DNA from: a virus
DNA length: 64,000 nt
Strand: one strand, 5' to 3'
IMG/VR virus record: IMGVR_UViG_3300050158_000039
Location: 28,621 to 92,620 of that record
Each line of letters opens with the position of its first letter. Positions within the stretch are counted from its first letter, which is position 1. The position numbers and the translations under genes were made by a program. The notes beneath the pieces are model-generated. The model was given only the letters and a program-made list of their open reading frames with translations. It ran no database searches and had not been told where the DNA came from. Below, one piece after another: positions 52,825 to 62,069 of this stretch.

Positions 52825-53340
52825 ATGCCAGGGTATCTGCATCGCTGGCATGTGGGCTCCATTGGTCGGCTTCGCGTTCGCATACACGAAATCAAGACAG
52901 CTGATCGCACCCCGTTCCTCCACACCCACCCGTTCCACTACGTGTCCGTTGTTGTGAGAGGTGGCTATACAGAAGCTACAATGAGCCGCAACGGCTCGCT
53001 CAAATACACCCGTCACAACGTAGGTTCTGTCATTTTCCATACCAACAAAACCGCTCATCGCATTGAGGTTGTTGACCCAAATACAGTGACTGTTTTCTTT
53101 ACGTGGAACACTGCTGATACTGATCAAGGATGGACACTTACCAAGCATCACAGCATTCCTAGCCCGCCTCAATACTACAACGCTGCAGACGGTGTATACC
53201 AACACGGTACCGGGTTTCGTAAGCGTGAGAACGGAATATGGTATGCTCTCCGCGCAACTCGTGAGGAGGCATTGGCTTGCAGCCGGTTGTCCATTCATCA
53301 AGACATAAACCGTGCTGACGTACGTATCCTTACTACATAA
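52825..53340 (+). CDS. Cupin-like hypothetical protein
   Basis: RIHEI....D..LHTHPF.YVSVVVRGGYTE...HRI pattern; start set at MPGYLH. Confidence 0.65.
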   Translation: MPGYLHRWHVGSIGRLRVRIHEIKTADRTPFLHTHPFHYVSVVVRGGYTEATMSRNGSLKYTRHNVGSVIFHTNKTAHRIEVVDPNTVTVFFTWNTADTDQGWTLTKHHSIPSPPQYYNAADGVYQHGTGFRKRENGIWYALRATREEALACSRLSIHQDINRADVRILTT

Positions 53341-53353
53341 CTGAATACCAATC

Positions 53354-53749
53354 ATGAAACCAGATCTAGCCATTATTCGTGTCCCCTCTGAGCCCGGAGA
53401 ATCCTCAGTAGTACTCGTCGCTGTCAATATTGACGAGGATGGCTACATTGAGGGTGAAGGTGAGTTCTTCACTGTGCCTGAAGGGGACAGCTACAACGAA
53501 ATTGATTTTGACAATATCGTCATTGCCCAACGGCACGATATGGGCTCAATCAATCCCATTCGGTATCATTTAGGTGCCGAAGATACACAAGTCATGAAGG
53601 TTTGTGAGTTGACTGGCGGCGAACTTCGTGACATTGTGCGTTACCTTGTGGAACAATACGAGGCCAATTATGAAGCAACAAGACAAAAGAACTCAGCACT
53701 TGAAGGAGACGTACGATTTGTTGGGTCAGGTGGAAACACAATCCAATAA
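53354..53749 (+). CDS. Acidic hypothetical protein
   Basis: 131 aa. Confidence 0.6.
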   Translation: MKPDLAIIRVPSEPGESSVVLVAVNIDEDGYIEGEGEFFTVPEGDSYNEIDFDNIVIAQRHDMGSINPIRYHLGAEDTQVMKVCELTGGELRDIVRYLVEQYEANYEATRQKNSALEGDVRFVGSGGNTIQ

Positions 53750-53910
53750 GAAAGAAGTCCGTGAGGCTCGCAAAAAGATCAAGCATGCGATCCATAAGCG
53801 CGAGCGCAACATAGGTAAGCAACAACTAAGACACATTATTGATCACGACGACGAAGAATCGCTAGATTGTGACAGTTGACGTTTCCCTCAAAATATGAGT
53901 AAATAGACGT

Positions 53911-54200
53911 ATTGCTGTGAACATCCTACAAAAGTAGGAACAGAAGTGGATAGAAAGAGTTCAGGACGCGGGTTCGACTCCCGCCATCTCCACCACAAAT
54001 CACACCAATTGGTGTGATTTGTAATGGGGATGTCATGGTTTCGACTGGGCGATGAGTATTGAAGTGGACAGCACGGTAGGCGATGACCGTAAATCAAGCA
54101 AATCAACTAAATGCTAACGATGCATTTTACGGAGAAATGCGCCTAGCGGCGTAAACTCCACGGGGTCTGATCAACCTTGTAACCCAACATGATTAAAGAG
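53911..54200 (+). ncRNA. ssrA: Two-piece (circularly permuted) tmRNA
   Basis: The acceptor piece ends GGACGCGGGTTCGACTCCCGCCATCTCCACCA (53995). An intervening hairpin follows. The coding piece starts GGGGATGTCATGGTTTCGAC (54026), with tag ANDAFYGEMRLAA* at 54113-54154. Outer ends approximate. Confidence 0.93.
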
Positions 54201-54223
54201 GTGGACTAACATCCACCTCTTTC
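54195..54223 (+). terminator. Intrinsic terminator after tmRNA
   Basis: AAAGAGGTGGA-CTAACA-TCCACCTCTTTT. Confidence 0.8.
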
Positions 54224-54413
54224 CATTTGCTGTGTGTAATCCGCTCCTTGATAAAAAGGTGCCCTTGCAGCTTAATAACATACCGGCATGAGGTGTGATT
54301 AACCTTATTACCAAACTAATAACGAGAGCACCTTCGGGTGCTCTCGTTATTTGGGTTTCTCCGCCCCAACATTTCGCTCGTATATACCTGCACCTTATGG
54401 AGGGAATACGAGA

Positions 54414-55163
54414 ATGCAATACAAGTACGCAGCGGCACGCCGTAATACACCTGGAGACGACGAGGAACAGCAGGAACTCAAGTTTCCGCTGGCTGAACTC
54501 GAGAAAAAGCCCTACCGCCATTTTGAGCAGACGTATACGGCTCAGCATGCGCATTTCTACATCAGCAAAACGATCGGCGAAGCTGAACACTACGTGGACA
54601 TGATTTATCGAATCAGTGCCGCTGGCCCTTCAGACGTGATCTTCATTCATTTGAACACACCAGGCGGACATTTGGACACTGGTGTCCAAATCATCAACGC
54701 TATCCAAAACAGCCAAGCTAAGGTAGTTACTGTGCTAGAGGGTGTAGCATACTCCCTCGGAACACTGATCTTCCTTGCTGGTGACGAGATGGTTGTGAAT
54801 GATCACTGCATGATGATGTTCCACAACTTCAACAGTGGCCTGATCGGTAAGGGTAATGAGCTTGTTGCAGAACTGGAGGCGACGGTTAGCTGGTTCAATT
54901 CCCTCGCAAAAGACATCTACATTCCCTTCCTTACTGAAGAGGAGTACGAACGGATCGCTCGCGGTGAGGACAAGTGGATGCAGTCTCCTGAGATTCGTAC
55001 CCGTCTGGAAAAGATGGTGGAAAAGATGAATGAAGAAGCTGCTGAGCTGCAAAAGGCCGAGCAAGCGATTGCTGACGCAATTGAAGCTGCTATTGCTCAA
55101 AGTCAAAAACCGACACCCGCAAAGAAAGCCCCTGCGAAGAAAGCCCCTGCGAAGAAGGCTTGA
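54414..55163 (+). CDS. ClpP/S14-family protease
   Basis: IHLNTPGG, AYSLGTLIFLAGD and MMFHN; C-terminal PAKKA repeats. Confidence 0.85.
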   Translation: MQYKYAAARRNTPGDDEEQQELKFPLAELEKKPYRHFEQTYTAQHAHFYISKTIGEAEHYVDMIYRISAAGPSDVIFIHLNTPGGHLDTGVQIINAIQNSQAKVVTVLEGVAYSLGTLIFLAGDEMVVNDHCMMMFHNFNSGLIGKGNELVAELEATVSWFNSLAKDIYIPFLTEEEYERIARGEDKWMQSPEIRTRLEKMVEKMNEEAAELQKAEQAIADAIEAAIAQSQKPTPAKKAPAKKAPAKKA

Positions 55164-55194
55164 CCTTTAGTTGGGGTGGAGCGATAATACGAAA

Positions 55195-56262
55195 ATGATT
55201 CAAGCTCCAACCCTACAAGAAGTGATTCGCAATCACATTTCACTCCCCGCTCGTGCAAACGGCCGGGGATTTTTTACTGTGCTATGCAAAGTTTGCAACG
55301 ACCACGGTAAGAAGGGTAAGCGTGCTGGATTCAAGTTTGAAGGCGACGCTGTTGGCTACAACTGCTTCAATTGTGGTCACGGTGCGGGATATGACCCTGC
55401 AAAACACCAATCCATGCCGAAAGACATGATGGCTGTATTAGACGCGTTTGACATTCCCAAAGTGGACTGGGAGCCAGTACTGTTCAACTCCCTCGTTCAG
55501 CGGGTAGACGGCACTACGCCAACCGAGCAGCGTGTTGAACTGACAGCAATGGAGCCAGCAGTTCTGCAATTGCTGCCGTTCTTCTATCCGCTAACAGACG
55601 ATCCAACGGACGAGTGGGCTCAATACGCTATCGAATATCTGCAATCACGGCACGTGAATTGGAAATCTCAACCGTTCTATCTTGTTCGGAAGGTAGAGCA
55701 CCCTGACAACGACAGGTGGTACGGTCGGTTGATCATTCCGTTCTACAAGGACGGGAACGTGATCTTCTGGCAAGGTCGAGACCTCACCGACTTGCATGTG
55801 AAGAAGTACCTAAATCCTAACGTGGCGCGCGATAACATTCTGTCAGACTATCGCGAAATCAACCAACATGTAGATGAGCCGCTGTACATCACAGAAGGGT
55901 GGTTTGATGCCTACCACATGAACGGTGTTGCTGTTTTTAGCAACAAGATGACCGCCAATCAAATTAGGTGGATCAATAGATCGCACCGCACCAAGGTAGT
56001 AATTCCAGACAAATTCGGTGACGGTCATTTGCTAGCAAAACAGGCGCTTGAACTCGGCTGGTCTGTTGCACTCCCCGACATTGGCGATTGCAAAGACGTT
56101 GATGCGGCTGTCGGACGATACGGACTGCTGTATACACAGAAATCGATCATGTCCAATACATATAGTGGCTTCATAGCGGAAGCCCTTGTGGAACTGTATT
56201 GCAATGGAACAACACGTAGCGCGCCAGCGAATAAAAGATCATCTTCGGCGAAGAGGTTTTGA
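55195..56262 (+). CDS. T4-like DNA primase
   Basis: Zn-binding CKVC..H...CFNC, WQGR, KKYLNP, TOPRIM ITEGWFDA and IPDK. Confidence 0.85.
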   Translation: MIQAPTLQEVIRNHISLPARANGRGFFTVLCKVCNDHGKKGKRAGFKFEGDAVGYNCFNCGHGAGYDPAKHQSMPKDMMAVLDAFDIPKVDWEPVLFNSLVQRVDGTTPTEQRVELTAMEPAVLQLLPFFYPLTDDPTDEWAQYAIEYLQSRHVNWKSQPFYLVRKVEHPDNDRWYGRLIIPFYKDGNVIFWQGRDLTDLHVKKYLNPNVARDNILSDYREINQHVDEPLYITEGWFDAYHMNGVAVFSNKMTANQIRWINRSHRTKVVIPDKFGDGHLLAKQALELGWSVALPDIGDCKDVDAAVGRYGLLYTQKSIMSNTYSGFIAEALVELYCNGTTRSAPANKRSSSAKRF

Positions 56263-56689
56263 GCCAATAACACTCACGACATCTGTGGTCACCCATTGGT
56301 GGAGAGTTCTAAATACTGCCGTGTTCGACGGCAAACTACCAACTCCAGTGAGGGTAGATTTGGTCCAACACAGAAAGGCGTATGCGTGGTGCTATCCGTT
56401 GGCTAATAAGAGGGTTCGTCTCTCAATTTGTCCACGGTTGAATTCGCGCAGACTGTTCTTGACAATTTTGGTGCACGAGATGGTTCACGCGTGGGAACAT
56501 CTCAACGAGTTAACGATGGGACACGGTCCTTCATTCTTTCAACACCAAAATCGGATTAGACGAACCACAACACTGAAGCTTGAGCAGAACCTAGACGAAA
56601 CCAAACACAATGACTACGATCTCATATACCCCAGGAACCGATCCAAAAACCGAGTTACGGTCCGATCTTTGGCACACAATGTCTCTTGA
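56204..56689 (+). CDS. SprT-like metalloprotease
   Basis: LNTAVFDGKL, ILVHEMVH and HGPSF. Confidence 0.85.
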   Translation: MEQHVARQRIKDHLRRRGFEPITLTTSVVTHWWRVLNTAVFDGKLPTPVRVDLVQHRKAYAWCYPLANKRVRLSICPRLNSRRLFLTILVHEMVHAWEHLNELTMGHGPSFFQHQNRIRRTTTLKLEQNLDETKHNDYDLIYPRNRSKNRVTVRSLAHNVS

Positions 56690-56864
56690 ACAGCTGAATC
56701 AGCAGCAAGAGCTAGCTATCCAGAAACTGTCGACACTTTCCACTATTATCGGCCCGTCGTCGCCTCCATCCTATCTAATGCTGTATAATGCGCTCCAGCA
56801 AGCATTAGACATGATCAACGAAATCGTTGATCATCGTGTACAAGAAAAGCAACCAAAGTACTAA
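56610..56864 (+). CDS. Hypothetical protein
   Basis: 84 aa. Confidence 0.55.
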   Translation: MTTISYTPGTDPKTELRSDLWHTMSLEQLNQQQELAIQKLSTLSTIIGPSSPPSYLMLYNALQQALDMINEIVDHRVQEKQPKY

Positions 56865-56865
56865 G

Positions 56866-58758
56866 ATGGCAAAAGACAAGAAATACACTGGTGCGGACAT
56901 CCTATCCCTGTCCGACCGAGAACACGTACGTCTGCGCACCCAAATCTATCTGGGTAGCATGTCCCCGACAACATACAATATCCCCATCCTAACTGGTGAC
57001 GCGCTCACCGTTAAAGAGGTGGAGTTTGTGCCATCCGTGTACAAAGCAATTGGTGAAGTTGTCGACAACGCGTTGGATGAATTCTCACAACTATCGTCGA
57101 AGAACAAGACGTTAACATTCAATGCCAAGCCGGAAACCGGTTGGTATTCGGTTGGCGATAATGGTCGTGGCATTCCGATTGATATGCACGCAACCGGCAA
57201 GCGCACGCCTGAAGTTGCCCTCGGTAGCTTGAAGGCAGGCCGAAATTTCTCCGACGACAAGATGGTTGGTGTGATTGGCCAGAACGGTGTTGGTGCGGCA
57301 TGTACTAACTACTGCTCTTCAGATTTTGAGGTCACGATCTACCGCGACGGCAAGAAGTACCATCAAAAATTCATCGACGGCGCGGACAAAGTTTCACCGC
57401 CGAAGATCACAAACACTACAGTAACGACAACAGGAACGGAAGTGACGTTCCAGCTCGATCCTCTGGTGTTCAAAAATGTGGCCTTGCCTGACGACCTCAT
57501 GCGCAATCGCGCTGTTGAGATCGCTATGGCAAACCCCGACGTAACGGTGGTGTACAACGGCGAAAAGTATCGCTTCCGTAAAGGACTACAGGAGATCATC
57601 AGCAAAATTGCTGACGGTAAACAATCGTATTGCTTCCAAGTGGACACTGCAAACGTGACGGGTGAAATTTATGTGATCCTAGATGCACACCAAAGTCAGG
57701 ATGAGCAGATGTACACGTGGGTCAACAGCTCACTGTTGTTTGATGGTGGTAAATGTAACACTCAGTTCTTCAATGCATTTTTTGATCGTGTGATTGCGCA
57801 CCTAGAAAAGGACGCAAAGAAGACAAAGTCAGAAGTGACCCGAAACGATATCCGGCAAGGACTGTTGGTGTTGGCGAGCCTAAAGGTACGCAATCCTGAA
57901 TACGACAGCCAAGCGAAAACGCGGCTGACGGGTCCTGACATGCGTAAGGAAATGTTCACCTTGATTGATGCTGAGTGGCGAGCTTTCACTCGAAAGCACG
58001 TGGACTGGTTTGCTTCCGTACTAGAACGTGCGAATGAGCGACACCACAAGAGCGCCAACAAGAAAGCTCAGGAGGAACACGAAAAGCGTAAGTCCCAACG
58101 AATTCCTGGACTGCTGGATGCGACAAGTCGCAACCGTCTAGAATGTCGCCTACTGATCACTGAAGGTGAGTCAGCAAAGGGACAAATTTGTGAAGTTCGT
58201 GATCCGGCCACTACAGCCGCATTTGCCCTAACAGGTAAGATCAACAACACTTGGGGTTGCACACCCGCCCAAATTCTGGCAATGGGTAAGCTGAAGGAAC
58301 TATTCGCAGCAATTGGCGTTACCCCTGGCAAGTCGGTTCGACGGAGTGAGCTGAACTACGGACAGGTGGTAATTGCAACTGACGCTGACTTTGACGGTGA
58401 CGACATTTTTACTCTATTGGTTTGCGCTCTGTACCAATCTTGGCCTGAGATGTTTGATGCATCGTATGAACCAATTGTGTTTCGACTTTGTGCACCCAAT
58501 GTCTGTCTGACGAAAGGGAAGCAGCGGATTCACTTCGCATCACGAGCAGACTATGAAGCTGTTGCACACAAGTACAAAGGATATCACGTTGACTATTACA
58601 AGGGCCTAGGCTCGATGGCTCCTGAAGATTGGGAAATGATCCTATCTGGTCAGACTGAGTCGTTGATTCCTATCGTAGATGATGGGAATATGCGTCAGAC
58701 GCTCGAACTACTGTTCGGCAATGATGCTGACGTGAGAAAGAATTGGATTACCAAATGA
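56866..58758 (+). CDS. Type II DNA topoisomerase, large (GyrB-like ATPase plus TOPRIM) subunit
   Basis: EVVDNALDE, DNGRGIP, AGRNF, GQNGVGA, TEGESA, TDADFDG and YYKGLGS. Confidence 0.93.
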   Translation: MAKDKKYTGADILSLSDREHVRLRTQIYLGSMSPTTYNIPILTGDALTVKEVEFVPSVYKAIGEVVDNALDEFSQLSSKNKTLTFNAKPETGWYSVGDNGRGIPIDMHATGKRTPEVALGSLKAGRNFSDDKMVGVIGQNGVGAACTNYCSSDFEVTIYRDGKKYHQKFIDGADKVSPPKITNTTVTTTGTEVTFQLDPLVFKNVALPDDLMRNRAVEIAMANPDVTVVYNGEKYRFRKGLQEIISKIADGKQSYCFQVDTANVTGEIYVILDAHQSQDEQMYTWVNSSLLFDGGKCNTQFFNAFFDRVIAHLEKDAKKTKSEVTRNDIRQGLLVLASLKVRNPEYDSQAKTRLTGPDMRKEMFTLIDAEWRAFTRKHVDWFASVLERANERHHKSANKKAQEEHEKRKSQRIPGLLDATSRNRLECRLLITEGESAKGQICEVRDPATTAAFALTGKINNTWGCTPAQILAMGKLKELFAAIGVTPGKSVRRSELNYGQVVIATDADFDGDDIFTLLVCALYQSWPEMFDASYEPIVFRLCAPNVCLTKGKQRIHFASRADYEAVAHKYKGYHVDYYKGLGSMAPEDWEMILSGQTESLIPIVDDGNMRQTLELLFGNDADVRKNWITK

Positions 58759-59450
58759 AGATTACCCAAGAAGTCCTAACCAAGTGGTATCTGGACGACC
58801 TCACACTCCCCGACGTGCATCACGGGCGTGATACGCCTAAAGTGCGGAACATTGCTGCGTGGAAGGCAATCACTCCATACGTAAAGCAAGAGAGTTCCGC
58901 ACCGTCAATTGACCCGTTTCGCGGGGATGTTTGGGTGTGGAGCGATACTCATTTTGGTCACAATAACATCATCAAGTACACAGCACCGTTGCGTCCTTTT
59001 GCTTCCAAGGAAGAGATGAATGCGGTGATGATTGCAAATTACCTGGCGGTTGTTGGGCCGGAAGACATTGTAATCTTTGGTGGAGACGTTTGTTTTGGTA
59101 GCGTAAATGCTATGAATGACATTCTGCATAGTTTGCCTGGGTACAAAATCCAAATTGTCGGCAACCATGACATGCATCGCGACGGCACGCTGTACGAACT
59201 CGATTTCGACGAACGACACCTGTGCCTTCCTGTATCGATTGTTGAACCCGATGGTGTTGAATACCAACTACACTTCACCCACTATCCGATGGATAGTGTT
59301 CCGGCCAACAGCGTGAACGTGCACGGTCATATTCACCAATGGCTTGCAAATCCGTGGAACATCAACATCTGCGTTGAACATACTGGCAGCGCACCTCGCA
59401 ATCTGCGTGACGTGTGTGCTCAAGCTCGCAACTATCTAGAACAAAAATGA
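58755..59450 (+). CDS. Calcineurin-like metallophosphoesterase
   Basis: SDTHFGH, GGD, GNHD, THYP and HGHIH. Confidence 0.88.
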   Translation: MKITQEVLTKWYLDDLTLPDVHHGRDTPKVRNIAAWKAITPYVKQESSAPSIDPFRGDVWVWSDTHFGHNNIIKYTAPLRPFASKEEMNAVMIANYLAVVGPEDIVIFGGDVCFGSVNAMNDILHSLPGYKIQIVGNHDMHRDGTLYELDFDERHLCLPVSIVEPDGVEYQLHFTHYPMDSVPANSVNVHGHIHQWLANPWNINICVEHTGSAPRNLRDVCAQARNYLEQK

Positions 59451-60793
59451 GTAAGACGACCAAGAAGCAAGGCTCACAATACGTCAATGATTGCCGACGG
59501 AGTTACGCTCTATACGTGATGCAACAGCGTGCCATTCCGTCAGCAGCTGACGGTCTGAAATCAGGGGCGCGACGCGTTTTGTGGATTGCTCGTGATGGCC
59601 ACAAATACAAAAGCGCCACTCTTGCAGGTGCCGCAATGCCGCTGCACCCGCACGATGCACCAGAAGGAGCCATCGATACGCTGGCTGCTCCGTACGGCAA
59701 CAACATTCCTCTGTTCAGGAAGCATGGATCGTTCGGTACTCTGCTAGCTCCCAAGGCATACGGTGCAAGTCGATACACCTCCGTCGAAGTATCCAAATTC
59801 ACCAAGGATGTGGTCTTCCGCGACATTGAAGTTGTTCCTATGCAGAAGAACTATGATGGCACGGTGGATGAACCGACCCATTTCTTGCCATTGGTTCCTG
59901 TATCCATGATCAACCCAGCCGAAGGCATTGCGTTGGGGTATGCGACATCGATCTTGCCTCGTGCCTTAGATGACATCATTCTAGCCCAAATCGCCCACCT
60001 GAAGGGTGCTAAACGTATCTCTTCACCGCTCCCCAAGTTCATGCCTCTGCAGCAGGCGGGAATCCCGGTGAAGGATAACGTGTACGTATTCTCTGGTTCG
60101 GTTGTAATCAAGAACACAACCGAAGCAAAGGTAACATCCCTTCCGTACGGACTATCTCACGCGAAATTCCTCGAAAGTCTTGACGCCCTTCTCGAAGGTG
60201 ACACGCTCGTTGACTACGTCGATAATTCACGCAATACAATCAACATTGATGTCAAATTCCGACGTGGATTTCTGAAGGATTACACCGAAGAAACACTCAT
60301 TCAGATGTTGAAGCTGACGTGCCGCCACACAGAGAACTTGAATCTGGTTGACTTCTCTGGGGATAGCATTATGAGCACCAATCCCGTAGATTTGATTCGT
60401 CAATTTACGGATTGGCGTCTTGGGTGGTACGTGCAGCGTTATGAGCGGTTGCGTGACTTGATCAAGCTAGACCTGCAGCGGTACTACGACATCCGCACCG
60501 CAATCAAGCACAAGATCAGTGCAACTGCTGGCAAGACTCAGTCACGGTCTGAACTAAAGGAATTGCTGGCCGGTATTGGCATCGTCCACATTGATTACAT
60601 TGCTGATCTGCCCATTTACCGTTTCACGGAAGAGGAGCGCCTCAAAAATGAGCAGCGAATCAAGGATGCGGAAGCTGAGCTGCAAACATATCTCGATCTG
60701 TTGTCTTCCGAAGACAAACGGAAGAAGGTTTATATCTCTGAATTGCAAGAGATTTTGGGTAACTATACCAAAAACATCTACGCAACTCTGTGA
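59447..60793 (+). CDS. Type II DNA topoisomerase, medium (GyrA-like) subunit
   Basis: RAIP..DGLKSGARR, HPH and ASRYT catalytic tyrosine motif. Confidence 0.93.
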   Translation: MSKTTKKQGSQYVNDCRRSYALYVMQQRAIPSAADGLKSGARRVLWIARDGHKYKSATLAGAAMPLHPHDAPEGAIDTLAAPYGNNIPLFRKHGSFGTLLAPKAYGASRYTSVEVSKFTKDVVFRDIEVVPMQKNYDGTVDEPTHFLPLVPVSMINPAEGIALGYATSILPRALDDIILAQIAHLKGAKRISSPLPKFMPLQQAGIPVKDNVYVFSGSVVIKNTTEAKVTSLPYGLSHAKFLESLDALLEGDTLVDYVDNSRNTINIDVKFRRGFLKDYTEETLIQMLKLTCRHTENLNLVDFSGDSIMSTNPVDLIRQFTDWRLGWYVQRYERLRDLIKLDLQRYYDIRTAIKHKISATAGKTQSRSELKELLAGIGIVHIDYIADLPIYRFTEEERLKNEQRIKDAEAELQTYLDLLSSEDKRKKVYISELQEILGNYTKNIYATL

Positions 60794-60844
60794 TTTGAAA
60801 TAAATATCCACTCGTAGTACTAACAATCCCCTCTAGGAGTTTCC

Positions 60845-61099
60845 ATGTCAAAGCACCACATGCAGAGTACTGTTCTGCATGACGCACACGTTATGTCCGT
60901 TGAACAACTGATGGAAGAATACGGGATCGAAATCGATCCCGACGACGGTTCTGTCTGGGATCCGTTTGAATACAAGTCGTTCGACACGGTGCACGAGTGG
61001 GCTGCTTACACTCAGCAGATGGACGAAGAGGAGGCTGACGAATATCAAGCCTCCTCTTCTAAGCACACCAAAACTAGTCGCTATTCTGACGACTACTAA
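60845..61099 (+). CDS. Acidic hypothetical protein
   Basis: AGGAG RBS and TAAATA at 60801. Confidence 0.6.
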   Translation: MSKHHMQSTVLHDAHVMSVEQLMEEYGIEIDPDDGSVWDPFEYKSFDTVHEWAAYTQQMDEEEADEYQASSSKHTKTSRYSDDY

Positions 61100-61476
61100 T
61101 CAATGTAATGGAACTGAGCCGCCACGATAACTGGCTTATCGATCGGCTCAAACCCGTTCGCAATGACCGCGTTGGAATCAACGGGCTTACGTCCCTTTGA
61201 ACGATCCAACGACCACGTGATGTGGTAGGGTTTACCGTCCGGACGATTCTGTCCGACGGCGGTACGCTTACGAACAACCAATGCTTCCAGGCTGTCATCA
61301 GCAGCATAACCTACGACCTCAAATGACGTAGGTGTAGGAGCCGGCATCTCTGCCGGCTTATGCACACCAAATCGGTGTGTGATGTGATGCGCGATCACAT
61401 CAGGGAACTTTGGCGGAAACTGCTCGAGCAAACTCGCCCGAGATGCTTCCGTCAATACAAAAGCCTCATATCCCAT
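61096..61476 (-). CDS. 2H phosphoesterase-like protein (two HIT motifs)
   Basis: AHHITHRF and PYHITWS, about 60 aa apart. Confidence 0.65.
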   Translation of the reverse strand: MGYEAFVLTEASRASLLEQFPPKFPDVIAHHITHRFGVHKPAEMPAPTPTSFEVVGYAADDSLEALVVRKRTAVGQNRPDGKPYHITWSLDRSKGRKPVDSNAVIANGFEPIDKPVIVAAQFHYID

Positions 61477-61478
61477 AA

Positions 61479-61985
61479 TTATACTCCTAGCAACTTCAGT
61501 TGCTCAATGGTTTCTACAGCACTAGTATGTAGTATTCCAATCCCACCAGCCGCGACCCAAGGATCAATTGCCTTCCTGCGATCGTCAATCAGGACCTTGG
61601 TGTGATGCGCATATTGCGACTTCATTACTGCATCGCGCACGAAGCGTGCCGCGTTCGCAGCATCGTGACCGAGATGCTTTCGCACCCAGTACCGCTTCTC
61701 TTCACTAGCACCACGAATGTGTCCTGTTGCTGAGTTGATCACCAGAGGTTTGCCAGAGGCCAACAAATACCCCCACAACACAAACGCGTCCTCCATGGGA
61801 TCCATCGCACCAAAGAAAGGCTTGCCGGATCGAACATGCATCTCAATGTGCTTCCAAAAGTCGCGACGCAGTTGCTTGTTGTTGGGGTCGTGTTCGGGGA
61901 CAATTCCGGCGACTTCCAGCGCCTTTTTCCGAAAGTCTACCATGACTCCGTCCAGGTCTATGTTGATTTCTGTAATTTCAATCAT
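61479..61985 (-). CDS. HAD-family 5'(3')-deoxyribonucleotidase-like protein
   Basis: DLDGVMVDF, EKRYWV, LIDDR and GGIGILH. Confidence 0.85.
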   Translation of the reverse strand: MIEITEINIDLDGVMVDFRKKALEVAGIVPEHDPNNKQLRRDFWKHIEMHVRSGKPFFGAMDPMEDAFVLWGYLLASGKPLVINSATGHIRGASEEKRYWVRKHLGHDAANAARFVRDAVMKSQYAHHTKVLIDDRRKAIDPWVAAGGIGILHTSAVETIEQLKLLGV

Positions 61986-62069
61986 ATCAAATACTCCTTC
62001 TGATCCAGTATACCCCAAAACAAAAAGGGGCGACAACGCCCCTTTTTTTGATCTAAGTGTCCGCTCAGC

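Noticed and set aside
55117-55160. Direct repeat AAAGCCCCTGCGAAGA(A) as a DNA repeat element
   Set aside because: It simply encodes the PAKKA low-complexity tail of the ClpP-like protein.
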